This document shows, in pieces, positions 49,856 to 59,358 of a stretch of 64,000 nucleotides of DNA. How positions within the stretch are numbered: the first letter of the stretch is position 1; every line of letters begins with the position of its first letter. Position numbers and translations under genes: made by a program. The DNA is from a virus, in IMG/VR virus record IMGVR_UViG_3300034106_006471, positions 24,925 through 88,924 of that record. One strand, 5' to 3'. The notes below the pieces were generated by a model. That model was not told the DNA's origin. It searched no databases and saw only the letters and a list, made by a program, of their open reading frames with translations.

Positions 49856-50251
49856 TTAGCCTGGAACCTTAGCACATTTATTGCATTTATATCTATTTGG
49901 CGCTTCATGAACCAATACAGGATTAACCGACTCTTTTCTGCCACAAACTCTACAAATAACATTTATATATTCAAAGTCTCTTGATCTTTGAGTGGGGGGA
50001 TATTTAATTAAAAGCTGATCTATTTTTGAATCATCTTTATGCATATTATGCTCTGGCATGGCATCGAATTTATTATATGAAGAGACTCCGTCCTTGGAAC
50101 TCTTCTTTTTTTGTGGATTCGCCCCTTTTCTTTTTTTTGTTTTTGGTGTTTCTGTATCTGCTAATTCTACATTTTCGGGATGGTTTGCATCCGTAAGTCC
50201 TCTCTGTAGTATAGTTATTAACTGTCTAATATCGTCATTATTAAGAGACAT
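49856..50251 (-). CDS. hypothetical protein with C-terminal zinc ribbon
   Basis: CRVCG...YKCNKC. Confidence 0.6.
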   Translation of the reverse strand: MSLNNDDIRQLITILQRGLTDANHPENVELADTETPKTKKRKGANPQKKKSSKDGVSSYNKFDAMPEHNMHKDDSKIDQLLIKYPPTQRSRDFEYINVICRVCGRKESVNPVLVHEAPNRYKCNKCAKVPG

Positions 50252-50732
50252 GTTTCACCTTTGTTTTTTGAATGGCTAAAACAACATCAGAGAGATTTTT
50301 TATATTATTTGCTAAATATGATAATCTATCCATTCTTTGTTTAGCATATTTTTTAATTTGATTAATATTATTAGCTTTATCGTTATGTTTAATTGCTTGT
50401 ATAGACTTCTCTATATAGCCATATCCTTTATAATTATTAATATCGTCAGCAATAACCTCTTTGATTGACTCTTCTGCCCAATTATATCTTGCTATTTCTC
50501 TATTAAGGTTTCTTTGTATATGAAAAGCAAATTGCATTAATCTATATGATATTTGAGCACAATCTTCCGGATTTAATTTTTCAATAATATCTCTATTCAT
50601 AGTTAAATATTGATTAATTTCATCAGATGCAATACCTACATCAGATTTATACAAAGGAATAGCCAATGATGTTTCATATTCATCTAGAATTTTATCCCAA
50701 TGTTGTAATTCTTCTTTTGCTGATTTATTCAT
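50241..50732 (-). CDS. helical hypothetical protein (possible UvsY-like recombination mediator)
   Basis: All-helical, ~163 aa, located between recA and dnaB; ATGA-coupled start at 50732. Function is inference only. Confidence 0.35.
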   Translation of the reverse strand: MNKSAKEELQHWDKILDEYETSLAIPLYKSDVGIASDEINQYLTMNRDIIEKLNPEDCAQISYRLMQFAFHIQRNLNREIARYNWAEESIKEVIADDINNYKGYGYIEKSIQAIKHNDKANNINQIKKYAKQRMDRLSYLANNIKNLSDVVLAIQKTKVKHVS

Positions 50733-51133
50733 TGTATTATCTTTTCTTTCCACTGATCTATTGATGTATTATAAGACAGATCTATATATTTAATATTATT
50801 AATTTCACACCATTCTTTTTTATCAGCATCTCTTTTTTTACTTTTAATAAAGTTCATAATGTTATTATGATAAAATGATACAAATTTAAAATGCTGTTCG
50901 CCATGTGTTTCTATGCATGTTTTTATTAATGGAAGATAAAAATCTAAATATAAGGTTTCGGATTTTCTGGGGTTAATGGGAACTTCTTCTAAAATTTGTA
51001 GAGTAGGAAATAATTCCAATAGTAAGTCTCTAGCTTGTATATGTAAAGAGGACTTGTTTTGTAATTTACCTTTGGCGATATAGCCTTTTAGATTCCAATC
51101 GCTGTAGTTTCCATCAAGGTCTACAACTTTCAT
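50729..51133 (-). CDS. PD-(D/E)XK (Vsr/DUF559-like) endonuclease
   Basis: LYLDFYLP..KTCIETHGEQHF...RDADKKEWCEINNIKYI. Confidence 0.75.
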   Translation of the reverse strand: MKVVDLDGNYSDWNLKGYIAKGKLQNKSSLHIQARDLLLELFPTLQILEEVPINPRKSETLYLDFYLPLIKTCIETHGEQHFKFVSFYHNNIMNFIKSKKRDADKKEWCEINNIKYIDLSYNTSIDQWKEKIIQ

Positions 51134-52146
51134 TTTACTCCCAATATTCCTTTAACTTCTTTTACTATTTTTGCATAAGCCTCTTTATTTTCCATTAGAT
51201 ATGCTCTAACTTTTTCTGTTCCTTGAAATTTAGGCTTGTCGTCTAATACATTAATAGTGTACCACGCTCCACCCTTTGCTATTACTCCAAAATCTGAAGC
51301 AAGATTAATAATTTCTGTATATTTATCAATACCTTGGCCGTATCTGATGTATGAGGTAGTAGTGGCTCCTGGTGGCCCTAGTGCTGAACACATAACTTGC
51401 CATTCAACTTCTTGACCAATTTGAATATTATCTGATCCTTGTAGCCATGGACTAAATTTTTTAACTCTTAATTTTACATCTGTTTGATATGCTATAGCTT
51501 GACCACTTTTTTCTTTAAATTCTGCTCCGTATCCTGTTGGATTACCCATTAAGTGAGTAATTCCAATAACTATATTTTTATTTACAGGAATAACGTTTGC
51601 TACTTTTCTACAGAATTTAGCTAATAATTTAGCTCCATCTGCTCTTTGCATTTTATCCATCTCACTTGTAATTTCTGCTTCTGTACATAGTGCAGAATAT
51701 GAGTCTATGATAACAACCGATCCTGGCTCCTGATTGATAATTCTTTCTGCTATTTGTAGATATTCTTCTGCATGTAAAATTTTACCTTCTTGACTTCCTA
51801 TAATATGAAATCTCTCAAGATCAAGATGAGGTATGCCTTCAATATCTCGTTTTTTCAATCTACCTTCTATGTTTAGATAGTACACATGACGACCATCTTT
51901 AAAAGATCCATGAGCATATTGTTTATCTTGAGCTGTCGCAGCAAAGTCTAGAGAGGTACAAGTTTTGCCCGCCTTGGGTTGACCGGTAAAAATTACAAAA
52001 CTTCCTTCTGGTATTCCACCACCCAAAGCTATGTCTAAAGCTGGACTAACAGGAATTGTTAAAACCTTTTTATCTATTAAAGCATTACCAGATAAAATAA
52101 TTTCGTCACCAAATTGTTTGATAACGTCGTCTTTAAGCTTCGTCAT
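51130..52146 (-). CDS. recA: RecA/UvsX recombinase
   Basis: SPALDIALGGGIPEG, GQPKAGKT (Walker A), VVIIDS (Walker B), GQGID, KGGAWY, KFQG. Confidence 0.93.
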   Translation of the reverse strand: MTKLKDDVIKQFGDEIILSGNALIDKKVLTIPVSPALDIALGGGIPEGSFVIFTGQPKAGKTCTSLDFAATAQDKQYAHGSFKDGRHVYYLNIEGRLKKRDIEGIPHLDLERFHIIGSQEGKILHAEEYLQIAERIINQEPGSVVIIDSYSALCTEAEITSEMDKMQRADGAKLLAKFCRKVANVIPVNKNIVIGITHLMGNPTGYGAEFKEKSGQAIAYQTDVKLRVKKFSPWLQGSDNIQIGQEVEWQVMCSALGPPGATTTSYIRYGQGIDKYTEIINLASDFGVIAKGGAWYTINVLDDKPKFQGTEKVRAYLMENKEAYAKIVKEVKGILGVK

Positions 52147-52559
52147 TCTAGATCCTTTAGTTTAGATATAATATTATTAGACGGAATATGTTTACGAAAA
52201 TCTGTTTTTTCTGTTCGATCAAACTCTTTTGAGAGTGTTTTATTCTTTTTTTTGTTAGCTTCTGAGATTTCTTCTATAATAGGTTTCAAAAAGGGTGCTC
52301 GCAAAGAATAAATTTTTTGACCCCTAGCATCCCTCAAAGCTCCAATAATATCCTCAGCGTCGTACGATTTCAGCAGCTTAATGGATGACGCTATCTGATC
52401 CTTATAGAATTTACTCCAATAAGGAGTTGTCCAAAATCTGTAATGTAAATCTTTTTTATCTCTTATTGCTTTATGTTCACAAATAATTTCTGTAATATAT
52501 TGTGCTGCTGATACAGTTTTTCCATTAGAGTATTTGGATAAATATTTTTTAGTTATCAT
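52143..52559 (-). CDS. hypothetical protein
   Basis: 138-aa ORF coupled to recA (ATGA overlap). Confidence 0.6.
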   Translation of the reverse strand: MITKKYLSKYSNGKTVSAAQYITEIICEHKAIRDKKDLHYRFWTTPYWSKFYKDQIASSIKLLKSYDAEDIIGALRDARGQKIYSLRAPFLKPIIEEISEANKKKNKTLSKEFDRTEKTDFRKHIPSNNIISKLKDLE

Positions 52560-52890
52560 TCTTTCTTGGCCTAAAAATTACGTCTTCTCTATTTGGCTTA
52601 GACGAGGTTCTACTTCGCATAGCATCATGTTTTTCTGAAGCCTCTTTTGTCATAACTGAGACCCCAGAGTTGCCTTTGCCAGCCGTTTTATTTATCATAA
52701 GGTTTGGCGGCTGAGATACTGGTTCGGATCCAGTTTTAACTGTGTTCTTATTGTTTATATGTGCTTTCTCTATAGCGCTCTTAACCTGTTCTATATTCAG
52801 GTTAAGTTCACCAGCTATAAAATCCTCATTTTTCCCTTCCTGATACAACCAATTAATAGCATATATATTTGCTTTGCTTAATCTTGACAT
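52549..52890 (-). CDS. hypothetical protein, possible N-terminal HTH
   Basis: MSRLSK...EDFIAGELNLNIEQVKSAI; start set at 52890 just after the upstream stop. Confidence 0.5.
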   Translation of the reverse strand: MSRLSKANIYAINWLYQEGKNEDFIAGELNLNIEQVKSAIEKAHINNKNTVKTGSEPVSQPPNLMINKTAGKGNSGVSVMTKEASEKHDAMRSRTSSKPNREDVIFRPRKNDN

Positions 52891-52891
52891 A

Positions 52892-53278
52892 TTAAAAATC
52901 CTCTCTTTCTGCATGATTAATCCATAAGTTATTTGATGTTCTTAAAAAATTAAGATAAAAATCAAAAACTTTTTTAGACACTTCTTTAAATGAATCACTG
53001 TTTGGAATAAATAAATCTATTGGTTTGTTTTTGCCCTTAGCTTCATTTTGAAGATTTGGGTTAAATAGTTTTTTATTATTATCTAGTCTAATTAGATACT
53101 TTGGTTGATTATTATCTTTAAATTTAATTTTTGCTATAACTTTATTATTATTTTCTTCTTTAATTCTAGGGTTATTTTCTTTATCTATGAAGTCTTGAAA
53201 TCCTATTTGACAATAGTAACAATTTTCTTGTATTGATTTTTTAGTATGCGATTGATTATAAATAAAAGATTGATTCAT
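52892..53278 (-). CDS. hypothetical protein
   Basis: 128-aa ORF in a tightly coupled operon. Confidence 0.55.
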   Translation of the reverse strand: MNQSFIYNQSHTKKSIQENCYYCQIGFQDFIDKENNPRIKEENNNKVIAKIKFKDNNQPKYLIRLDNNKKLFNPNLQNEAKGKNKPIDLFIPNSDSFKEVSKKVFDFYLNFLRTSNNLWINHAEREDF

Positions 53279-53652
53279 TTAATTTCCTCTTTATCTTTTG
53301 CGTCTTTATTTGTATCGTGTATAGTATCGATTATTTTTTTTTCTAGATACTCAAAAAAAATTTTCATATAACTATTATAGTCTTTATCTATTGGAACAGG
53401 AATGTGGTAATTTCTAGTAGAGATTTCTCTTGTGCCTGTTGTTTCGCCTTTTTCATTCTGCATTAATACATGTGCATCTATTGTAAAAACTATTTCATGA
53501 GGACAATCCATTAATTTTTTTATTTTTTCTTCTGGTGAATTGTCTAAAGCTTTTTTGGATTCCCAAATTTTATCTATATCTTCTTTTGATAGGCTTGCTA
53601 ATTCTTCTATTTGTTTTTGTAGAATTAGTTTTTCTTCATCTGTTAGGTCCAT
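53275..53652 (-). CDS. hypothetical protein
   Basis: 125-aa ORF in a tightly coupled operon. Confidence 0.55.
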   Translation of the reverse strand: MDLTDEEKLILQKQIEELASLSKEDIDKIWESKKALDNSPEEKIKKLMDCPHEIVFTIDAHVLMQNEKGETTGTREISTRNYHIPVPIDKDYNSYMKIFFEYLEKKIIDTIHDTNKDAKDKEEIK

Positions 53653-53990
53653 TTAATTTTTTTTCCTTTTGACATTCTAGTCATTCCTTTTGGCAGCGGT
53701 TTATCCACCTTATTTTCTTTATAATCATTATGTTTTTGATACATATAATTTTTTTCATCCTCACTCATTTTATCTCTATTACGATTTGCTAAATCTCCAA
53801 TAGTTTTAAGTTCATTATCTGATTTTTTAACAGACGCTGCTTGGCTAAGGATATCTCTAGTATATAACCTATAAGTTTCTTTTGAACTGAGACAATATTC
53901 GCATTTTGGTTGAGATTTATAGTCTTTAATATAAAAAAATAATTCGAAATCTTTATTACATTTATCGCAATAATATGAATATGTAGGCAT
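53643..53990 (-). CDS. FmdB-family zinc-ribbon protein
   Basis: MPTYSYYCDKCNKDFELF......PKCEYC; TAATG overlap with the HNH stop defines the start. Confidence 0.8.
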   Translation of the reverse strand: MPTYSYYCDKCNKDFELFFYIKDYKSQPKCEYCLSSKETYRLYTRDILSQAASVKKSDNELKTIGDLANRNRDKMSEDEKNYMYQKHNDYKENKVDKPLPKGMTRMSKGKKIKWT

Positions 53991-54589
53991 TATATTAAGT
54001 AAGAATCTGGTAGGTATGAAATCCATTCATCCGGTATACTATCTCTTATTTTATACAGAAGGTGGGTTACTGGCAAGTATTTAATATTTTTATTTGGCTC
54101 AATTGGGAAACTATGTAAATTCATATTGGCCTGTTTTGGTGTTTTATTTCCTTTCTTTCTATTACATCCTATACATGCTGTTACTATATTTGTCCAAGAG
54201 GTAGGTGAACCTTTATTGTAGTCCCATTTTGATTTTGGTATAACATGATCATATGTTAATTCATTATTATTAAATCTTTTATTGCAGTATTGACACGTAA
54301 AATTATCTCGTAAAAAAATATTTTTCCTAGAAAATAAAACGTGTTGTTTATTGATCTTAAAAAATCTTTTAGTTTTTGCTATTGCTGGAACAGGGTGTTT
54401 TTTATTTATTCCTATGATAAAATCATTCTTATAAAAATCGATAATCTCTATGCCATATTTTGGATTATCTTCATACTTAAAACTCCAAACCAGAGCTTTT
54501 TTCCATGTAATAATAGATAATGGAGTATAATCACAATTTAATAATAAACAAAGCTTATGATTGTCCGCTAGCATCTTCATAAGATTCAA
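53990..54589 (-). CDS. HNH endonuclease (McrA-like)
   Basis: LLLNCDYTPL; FSRKNIFLRDNFTCQYC; LTYDHVIPKS; WTNIVTACIGCNRKKGNKTP. Start uncertain. Confidence 0.9.
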   Translation of the reverse strand: MNLMKMLADNHKLCLLLNCDYTPLSIITWKKALVWSFKYEDNPKYGIEIIDFYKNDFIIGINKKHPVPAIAKTKRFFKINKQHVLFSRKNIFLRDNFTCQYCNKRFNNNELTYDHVIPKSKWDYNKGSPTSWTNIVTACIGCNRKKGNKTPKQANMNLHSFPIEPNKNIKYLPVTHLLYKIRDSIPDEWISYLPDSYLI

Positions 54590-55289
54590 TTTTCCCTAAA
54601 ATTTTAGCAATAATTGGATTTCGAACTATATCCACATCTTCCAGTTTTGCTATTCCTACTCCATCAATACCATTTAATAAATTTGATAACGTATAAAAGC
54701 CGCCTTGTAGGTGCCTTGATAGATCTGATTGATTTATGTCGCCTGTCAATACCATTTTGCTATTGCGTCCTATTCTAGTAAGTAACATTTTAATTTGCTC
54801 ATAAGACGCATTCTGACACTCATCTGCTATAATAAAACTTTCATGGAAATTACGACCTCTCATAAAACCAAGAGGAACAACTTCTATTTTATTATTAAGT
54901 TTTAATGATGCATTATATGCCGGCCCTATAAAATAGTTTATTTCATCTTCTATAGGAAGTAAATATGGAAATAATTTGGTATTAGCATCTCCTGGTAAAT
55001 ATCCTATTTTTTCACCAGCTTCAACCACCGGTCGTGTTATAATAATTTTTTTTACTTTATTTTCAAGCAAATATTCTAATCCTAAACCAACAGCAATATG
55101 AGTTTTTCCAGATCCAGCTTTTCCTTGACAAAAAGTAATCGTATTTTCTACAATAGTACGTATGTATTCGCTTTGATTATGAGTCCTAGGTTTTAATTTA
55201 TTTTTGCACGACAAAGAAGACTGTTCGTTGGTTTTATCCAAAGAATTAGTAGTTAAATCAATAACTTTATTTTTTTTCTTTTTTCTCAA
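54555..55289 (-). CDS. phoH: PhoH-family ATPase
   Basis: PRTHNQ, GKAGSGKT, ITRPVVEAGEKIGYLPG, FMRGRNF, IIADECQN, LTRIG, TGDINQSD, DIVRNP. Confidence 0.95.
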   Translation of the reverse strand: MRKKKKNKVIDLTTNSLDKTNEQSSLSCKNKLKPRTHNQSEYIRTIVENTITFCQGKAGSGKTHIAVGLGLEYLLENKVKKIIITRPVVEAGEKIGYLPGDANTKLFPYLLPIEDEINYFIGPAYNASLKLNNKIEVVPLGFMRGRNFHESFIIADECQNASYEQIKMLLTRIGRNSKMVLTGDINQSDLSRHLQGGFYTLSNLLNGIDGVGIAKLEDVDIVRNPIIAKILGKIESYEDASGQS

Positions 55290-55327
55290 TGCATAATCCT
55301 TATAGTGGTATTATGTATGCTCTACTA

Positions 55328-55337
55328 TATACACCAT
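55328..55337 (-). promoter_or_regulatory. candidate phage promoter/regulatory motif ATGGTGTATA
   Basis: An identical 10-mer lies in the intergenic gap at 62673-62682, same orientation, each just upstream of a gene start. Confidence 0.35.
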
Positions 55338-55338
55338 A

Positions 55339-55764
55339 TTAAGAATTATCACTAGATCCAAATCCTTTATTTCCTCTTACAGTTGTGGACAATTCATCAA
55401 CTTCCTCAAAAGGAAAATTAAAATGCTGTTCAATTATCAATTGAGCAATTTTGTCTCCATATGTTACTTCAAAATCTTTTTCTGGATCTGTATTATGTAA
55501 AACTACTTTAATTTCACCACGATATGAACTATCGCAAACTCCCGCTAAAACATCGATTCCATTTTTTACCGCTAGTCCAGACCTAGGAGCAATTCTTGCA
55601 TAAAAACCTTCGGGAACTTGTATACGAATTCCTGTACCAATTAATTTGCGAGATAATGGAGGGATCGTTGTTTCTTCAACAGCATACAGGTCTGCTCCAG
55701 CGTCAGTAGAGTTGTTTCTTTTTGGAGTTATAGCTAGTTCGTGTATCTTTTGAATTTTAATCAT
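55339..55764 (-). CDS. dut: trimeric dUTPase
   Basis: DAGADL, IAPRSGLA, AGVCDSSYRGEIKV, KIAQL, RGNKGFGSS. Confidence 0.96.
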   Translation of the reverse strand: MIKIQKIHELAITPKRNNSTDAGADLYAVEETTIPPLSRKLIGTGIRIQVPEGFYARIAPRSGLAVKNGIDVLAGVCDSSYRGEIKVVLHNTDPEKDFEVTYGDKIAQLIIEQHFNFPFEEVDELSTTVRGNKGFGSSDNS

Positions 55765-57414
55765 TTATGCCTCACATGATGAACAGGTTAAAATACTTCT
55801 TGCTAATTCTTGAGCCGGATTACTAGATCTTTGATAATAGAATGTTTTGATTCCATTTTCCCACCCAAATATTAGTAATTCACTTACCTCTTTAGCTGGA
55901 CAATTGGGAGGAATCATAAGATTTAATGAAACAGCTTGGTCTATATATTTTTGTCTTTGAATGTTTTGGATGACTATTTCTTTTTGACTAATCTCTCCGA
56001 AGGTTTTAAATATATCTTTTTCTTCTTTGCTTAAAAAGCTTAGATGCTGTACACTTCCTCCTCTAACTAGAATATCTTTCCATATTTCTTCTTTATCTTG
56101 ATTTTTATCTTTTAATAATTTTTTAAGGTATGGATTTTTATATGTAAAACTACCTTTTGCTAATTTTTTAACAAAATAATTACTATTTAATGGCTCTATA
56201 CTAGGACTTACTTGACCCAATATAAAACTACTACTTGTTGTAGGAGCAACAGCTAATGTTGTAACATTTCTACGACCGTAGCCTTTTAATAAGTCTGGTT
56301 CGCCAAATAATCCAGCTAACTCAATAGAAGCTTTATCTGCTTTATTTTTGATTGTTTTCCATATTTCTATATTTAGATTCTTAGCAGCCATCGATTCAAA
56401 AGATACCATCTTAGATTGCAATAATGAGTGCCAACCTAAAACACCCATACCTAATGCTCTTTGATTTTTAGCAAAATTATGTGCTGATTCCATAAATTTA
56501 CTATTTGCTGTTTTACGAATAAATTCTTCATTAACAGCATCTAGAAAATAGATTAAGGTTTCTACAGCGTCTGTATCTTTAATCTCATCCCAGTGAAGTA
56601 GATTAAGACTGGATAGTACACAAACAAAGCTGTTACTTTCATCAGAAAATAATTCTATTTCTGAGCATAGATTGCTACTTTTAATTTTTAATCTTTTATC
56701 TTTGTATACTTGAGGAGCATTGTTATTCACATTATCTGCAAACATTAAGTACGGATATCCTGTTTGAAATCTTTTTTGAATAATTTTTGCCCAAATTTTT
56801 CTTTTTTCTTTATCCCCGGATATCATATGTTTCATCCAATCATCAGAAATAGTTACCCCAATACTCATGTTTTGAATATTATGACCTTCTGAACGTATTT
56901 GTAGAAACTCTTCTACATCTGGATGTTCAACAGGAATATATGCGGCAAAAGAACCTCTTCTTGCTGAACCCTGAGAAACAACTTCTGCAACTTTATCAAA
57001 TAATTCCATAAAATGAACTGGACCGCTACTTTCTCCACCTACGCTGATTTTGGCTCCTCGTGGTCTTAGATCGCCAAAATATCCACTTGTACCACCACCC
57101 AATTTGCTCATCATCCCGACTTCTGCCACTTTATTTAAAATACCATCCATAGTATCAGGAATATAAGAGTTAAAACAAGATACTGGCAAACCTCTGTCGT
57201 TTCCAAAATTTGTCCATACTGGGGTGGCTAATGAGTAAAAGCCTTTACTCATATAGTCTTCAAACTTATCAGCAAACCCATCTATATGCAAAATAGTTTG
57301 AGCTGTTTCAGCTATTTGTCTAATTCTAGCTTCTGGAGTAATTCCTTCTTTAAGGTATCCTCTCTCCAAGAAAATGCGACTATGAGAATTTAACCAGTAA
57401 TATTTTTTATTCAT
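55765..57414 (-). CDS. nrdA: ribonucleotide reductase alpha subunit (short, no ATP cone; NrdAi/class Id-like)
   Basis: LPVSCF, GGGTSG, SNLCSEI, VCVLSSLNL, LGMGVLGWH, APTTSSS, IDQAVSLNL, KTFYYQRS, C-terminal CSSCEA. Confidence 0.95.
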   Translation of the reverse strand: MNKKYYWLNSHSRIFLERGYLKEGITPEARIRQIAETAQTILHIDGFADKFEDYMSKGFYSLATPVWTNFGNDRGLPVSCFNSYIPDTMDGILNKVAEVGMMSKLGGGTSGYFGDLRPRGAKISVGGESSGPVHFMELFDKVAEVVSQGSARRGSFAAYIPVEHPDVEEFLQIRSEGHNIQNMSIGVTISDDWMKHMISGDKEKRKIWAKIIQKRFQTGYPYLMFADNVNNNAPQVYKDKRLKIKSSNLCSEIELFSDESNSFVCVLSSLNLLHWDEIKDTDAVETLIYFLDAVNEEFIRKTANSKFMESAHNFAKNQRALGMGVLGWHSLLQSKMVSFESMAAKNLNIEIWKTIKNKADKASIELAGLFGEPDLLKGYGRRNVTTLAVAPTTSSSFILGQVSPSIEPLNSNYFVKKLAKGSFTYKNPYLKKLLKDKNQDKEEIWKDILVRGGSVQHLSFLSKEEKDIFKTFGEISQKEIVIQNIQRQKYIDQAVSLNLMIPPNCPAKEVSELLIFGWENGIKTFYYQRSSNPAQELARSILTCSSCEA

Positions 57415-57432
57415 TGTAATCTAAGAGTGTAA

Positions 57433-58404
57433 TTAAAATAAATCTTCTGCATCAAAACTCTGAGAACATTTAGCATATTCAACAGGTCTGCTGTGGAAGA
57501 AATCTGTCATGTTATTTCCTAAGACTTGCTCATCAAACCATGAGGTTTTGGCTATTTCTTCTTCATTTACTTCAAAAATAGGATCATAACCTATTTGTTT
57601 AAGAGATTCATTCATTCTGTTCTTAATAAATTCTTTTAATAAGTTACTATTAAGTTTTTCATGACCATAACCATTTACTATCCATTCTATAATTTGACAT
57701 TCATATTTAACAGCGTCGTTGGCTTCGTGTTGGATCTTTTTTTGTAAATCTTCATCAAATAGTTCTGGGTGTTCCTCTTTAATAGTATTAATAAGTTTGA
57801 TACCTATCATGGCATGTAAATTTTCTTCACGAGAAGTATATTCTACTTGCTTATTTGTGTCTTTCAAAGTATTCTTATATCTACCAAAAAAACTAATAGT
57901 ATAAAATTGAGAAAATAAAGCAATGTTTTCTACAAATAAAGTGAACAGTATTAGTGAGTATATAAATTGTTTTTTATTATTGTCATGAAATTTGTGCAAA
58001 TGTTTTCTTAGATAATTGACTCTGCCTTTTATGATTTCTAGTTTTAGTATGTCGTCAAAAGCATCGTCTATTCCTAGAACTTCTAGTAATCGTTCATAAG
58101 CATCTCCATGAATTACTTCAACATTAGCCATGACGTAACCCATATCGTTAATACTTGGATGAGGAAGATTATCTCCTAGTTTAGCCCAAAACTTTTTAAC
58201 ACTAATTTCTAATTGACCTATTGTAGACAACGCTCTTGTAACAATTTGACGTTCTTGCTCAGTAAGATTTACTTTGAAGTCTTGAGTATCGCTACTAAAA
58301 TTAAACTCTTTATCTGTCCAGAAACCATTATGCATAGCAGATATAAACTCTTGGGTCCAAGGATAATTATCTGGCTTACGGCTGATTTGTTCATCAAAAA
58401 TCAT
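57433..58404 (-). CDS. nrdB: ribonucleotide reductase beta subunit (class Id-like)
   Basis: IGQLEISVKKFW, EVIHGDAY, VENIALFSQF, EENLH, DFFHSRPVEY. Confidence 0.93.
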   Translation of the reverse strand: MIFDEQISRKPDNYPWTQEFISAMHNGFWTDKEFNFSSDTQDFKVNLTEQERQIVTRALSTIGQLEISVKKFWAKLGDNLPHPSINDMGYVMANVEVIHGDAYERLLEVLGIDDAFDDILKLEIIKGRVNYLRKHLHKFHDNNKKQFIYSLILFTLFVENIALFSQFYTISFFGRYKNTLKDTNKQVEYTSREENLHAMIGIKLINTIKEEHPELFDEDLQKKIQHEANDAVKYECQIIEWIVNGYGHEKLNSNLLKEFIKNRMNESLKQIGYDPIFEVNEEEIAKTSWFDEQVLGNNMTDFFHSRPVEYAKCSQSFDAEDLF

Positions 58405-58406
58405 AG

Positions 58407-58550
58407 TTATTTGTCTTTCTTTAGTAAGATAGCTAACAAACCTAATATAACCAGATTAGTAAATTCTTTTCCAATCGGATTAAAGTTCTCTACTAGCCAT
58501 AATTGTAGATAATATATTATTGCAAATATACAAAAAAGTATATGCATCAT
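58407..58550 (-). CDS. small two-helix membrane protein (47 aa, not in ORF track)
   Basis: MMHILFCIFAIIYYLQLWLVENFNPIGKEFTNLVILGLLAILLKKDK; ATGA overlap with the deaminase stop, ends 2 nt before nrdB. Confidence 0.6.
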   Translation of the reverse strand: MMHILFCIFAIIYYLQLWLVENFNPIGKEFTNLVILGLLAILLKKDK

Positions 58551-59023
58551 ATTACACCATGGAGCTGTCTCAGCCAATCAAGATTTGGTGTTATATAGTG
58601 AATTTTTATACCGCTCATTTCTACAAAAGTATCAAATCTTTTTTTAGCTTCATCATCGAATAGTTTTGTTCCGTGATCATCGATCATATAAACAGTATCT
58701 ATTCCTTCTTGCCACAAAGAAATAATACAATTATTACAGCATTGTCCGGTTACATACGCTGTGCCATTATCTGGTCTAACCACACAATTAGCTAAACTGT
58801 TAATTTCTGAATGTACCATCCAAAAATATTTTTCTGGTCTAGTTAATGGTAGTTTACTATCGTCTAGTCCTTTTGGAAAACCATTGTATCCGACACCTAA
58901 AATTCTATGATTTTTATCCGTAATTACACAACCGTGCTTGGTGTGTACGTCATGACTACGTTGAGCGACTACTTTAGCTAATCCTAAAAAATAGTCGGTC
59001 CATGAAGGTCTAGACATATTCAC
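58547..59023 (-). CDS. dCMP deaminase
   Basis: RPSWTDYFLGLA..VAQRS, HGCVI, GYNGFP, VHSEINSL, QCCNNC (PCxxC-like). Confidence 0.9.
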   Translation of the reverse strand: MNMSRPSWTDYFLGLAKVVAQRSHDVHTKHGCVITDKNHRILGVGYNGFPKGLDDSKLPLTRPEKYFWMVHSEINSLANCVVRPDNGTAYVTGQCCNNCIISLWQEGIDTVYMIDDHGTKLFDDEAKKRFDTFVEMSGIKIHYITPNLDWLRQLHGVI

Positions 59024-59076
59024 GTTTCATATAAAGAATAAAGAAGCCAAAACAACATAGTATTGACTTCTTTAAG

Positions 59077-59107
59077 ATTATAATATCATGACCAGAAGCT
59101 GGGTCAA
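59077..59107 (-). promoter_or_regulatory. sigma70-like promoter for the nucleotide-metabolism operon
   Basis: TTGACC-N16-TATTATAAT with TG one base before the -10; the -35 overlaps the upstream stop codon. Confidence 0.6.
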
Positions 59108-59358
59108 GAAACGTTTTTTGTGAGTTTATTATAAAGAACTAGCGATAGTATAGCGCCGACTACTCCAACCACTACGCCAGCAGGGGATACTGCATTATAT
59201 TGACCAAGCATATACATTATAGCGCCACCCATATAAGATCCTGCTACTCCCAGAGCCACAGTTTTAATGAAGCCGAAATTTTCTTCGCCAGGAACAAGAC
59301 TTTTAGCTATTGATCCAACAAATAGACCATATACGCACCATATTAAAATATTAAACAT
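59104..59358 (-). CDS. GlsB/YeaQ/YmgE (transglycosylase-associated) membrane protein
   Basis: ILIWCVYGLFVGSIAKSLVPG...TVALGVAGSYMGG...VVGAILSLVLY. Confidence 0.85.
   Translation of the reverse strand: MFNILIWCVYGLFVGSIAKSLVPGEENFGFIKTVALGVAGSYMGGAIMYMLGQYNAVSPAGVVVGVVGAILSLVLYNKLTKNVS

Noticed and set aside
59063-59084. Plus-strand promoter TTGACT...TATAAT
   Set aside because: The spacer is only 10 nt and it would point against all local genes; the minus-strand reading fits better.
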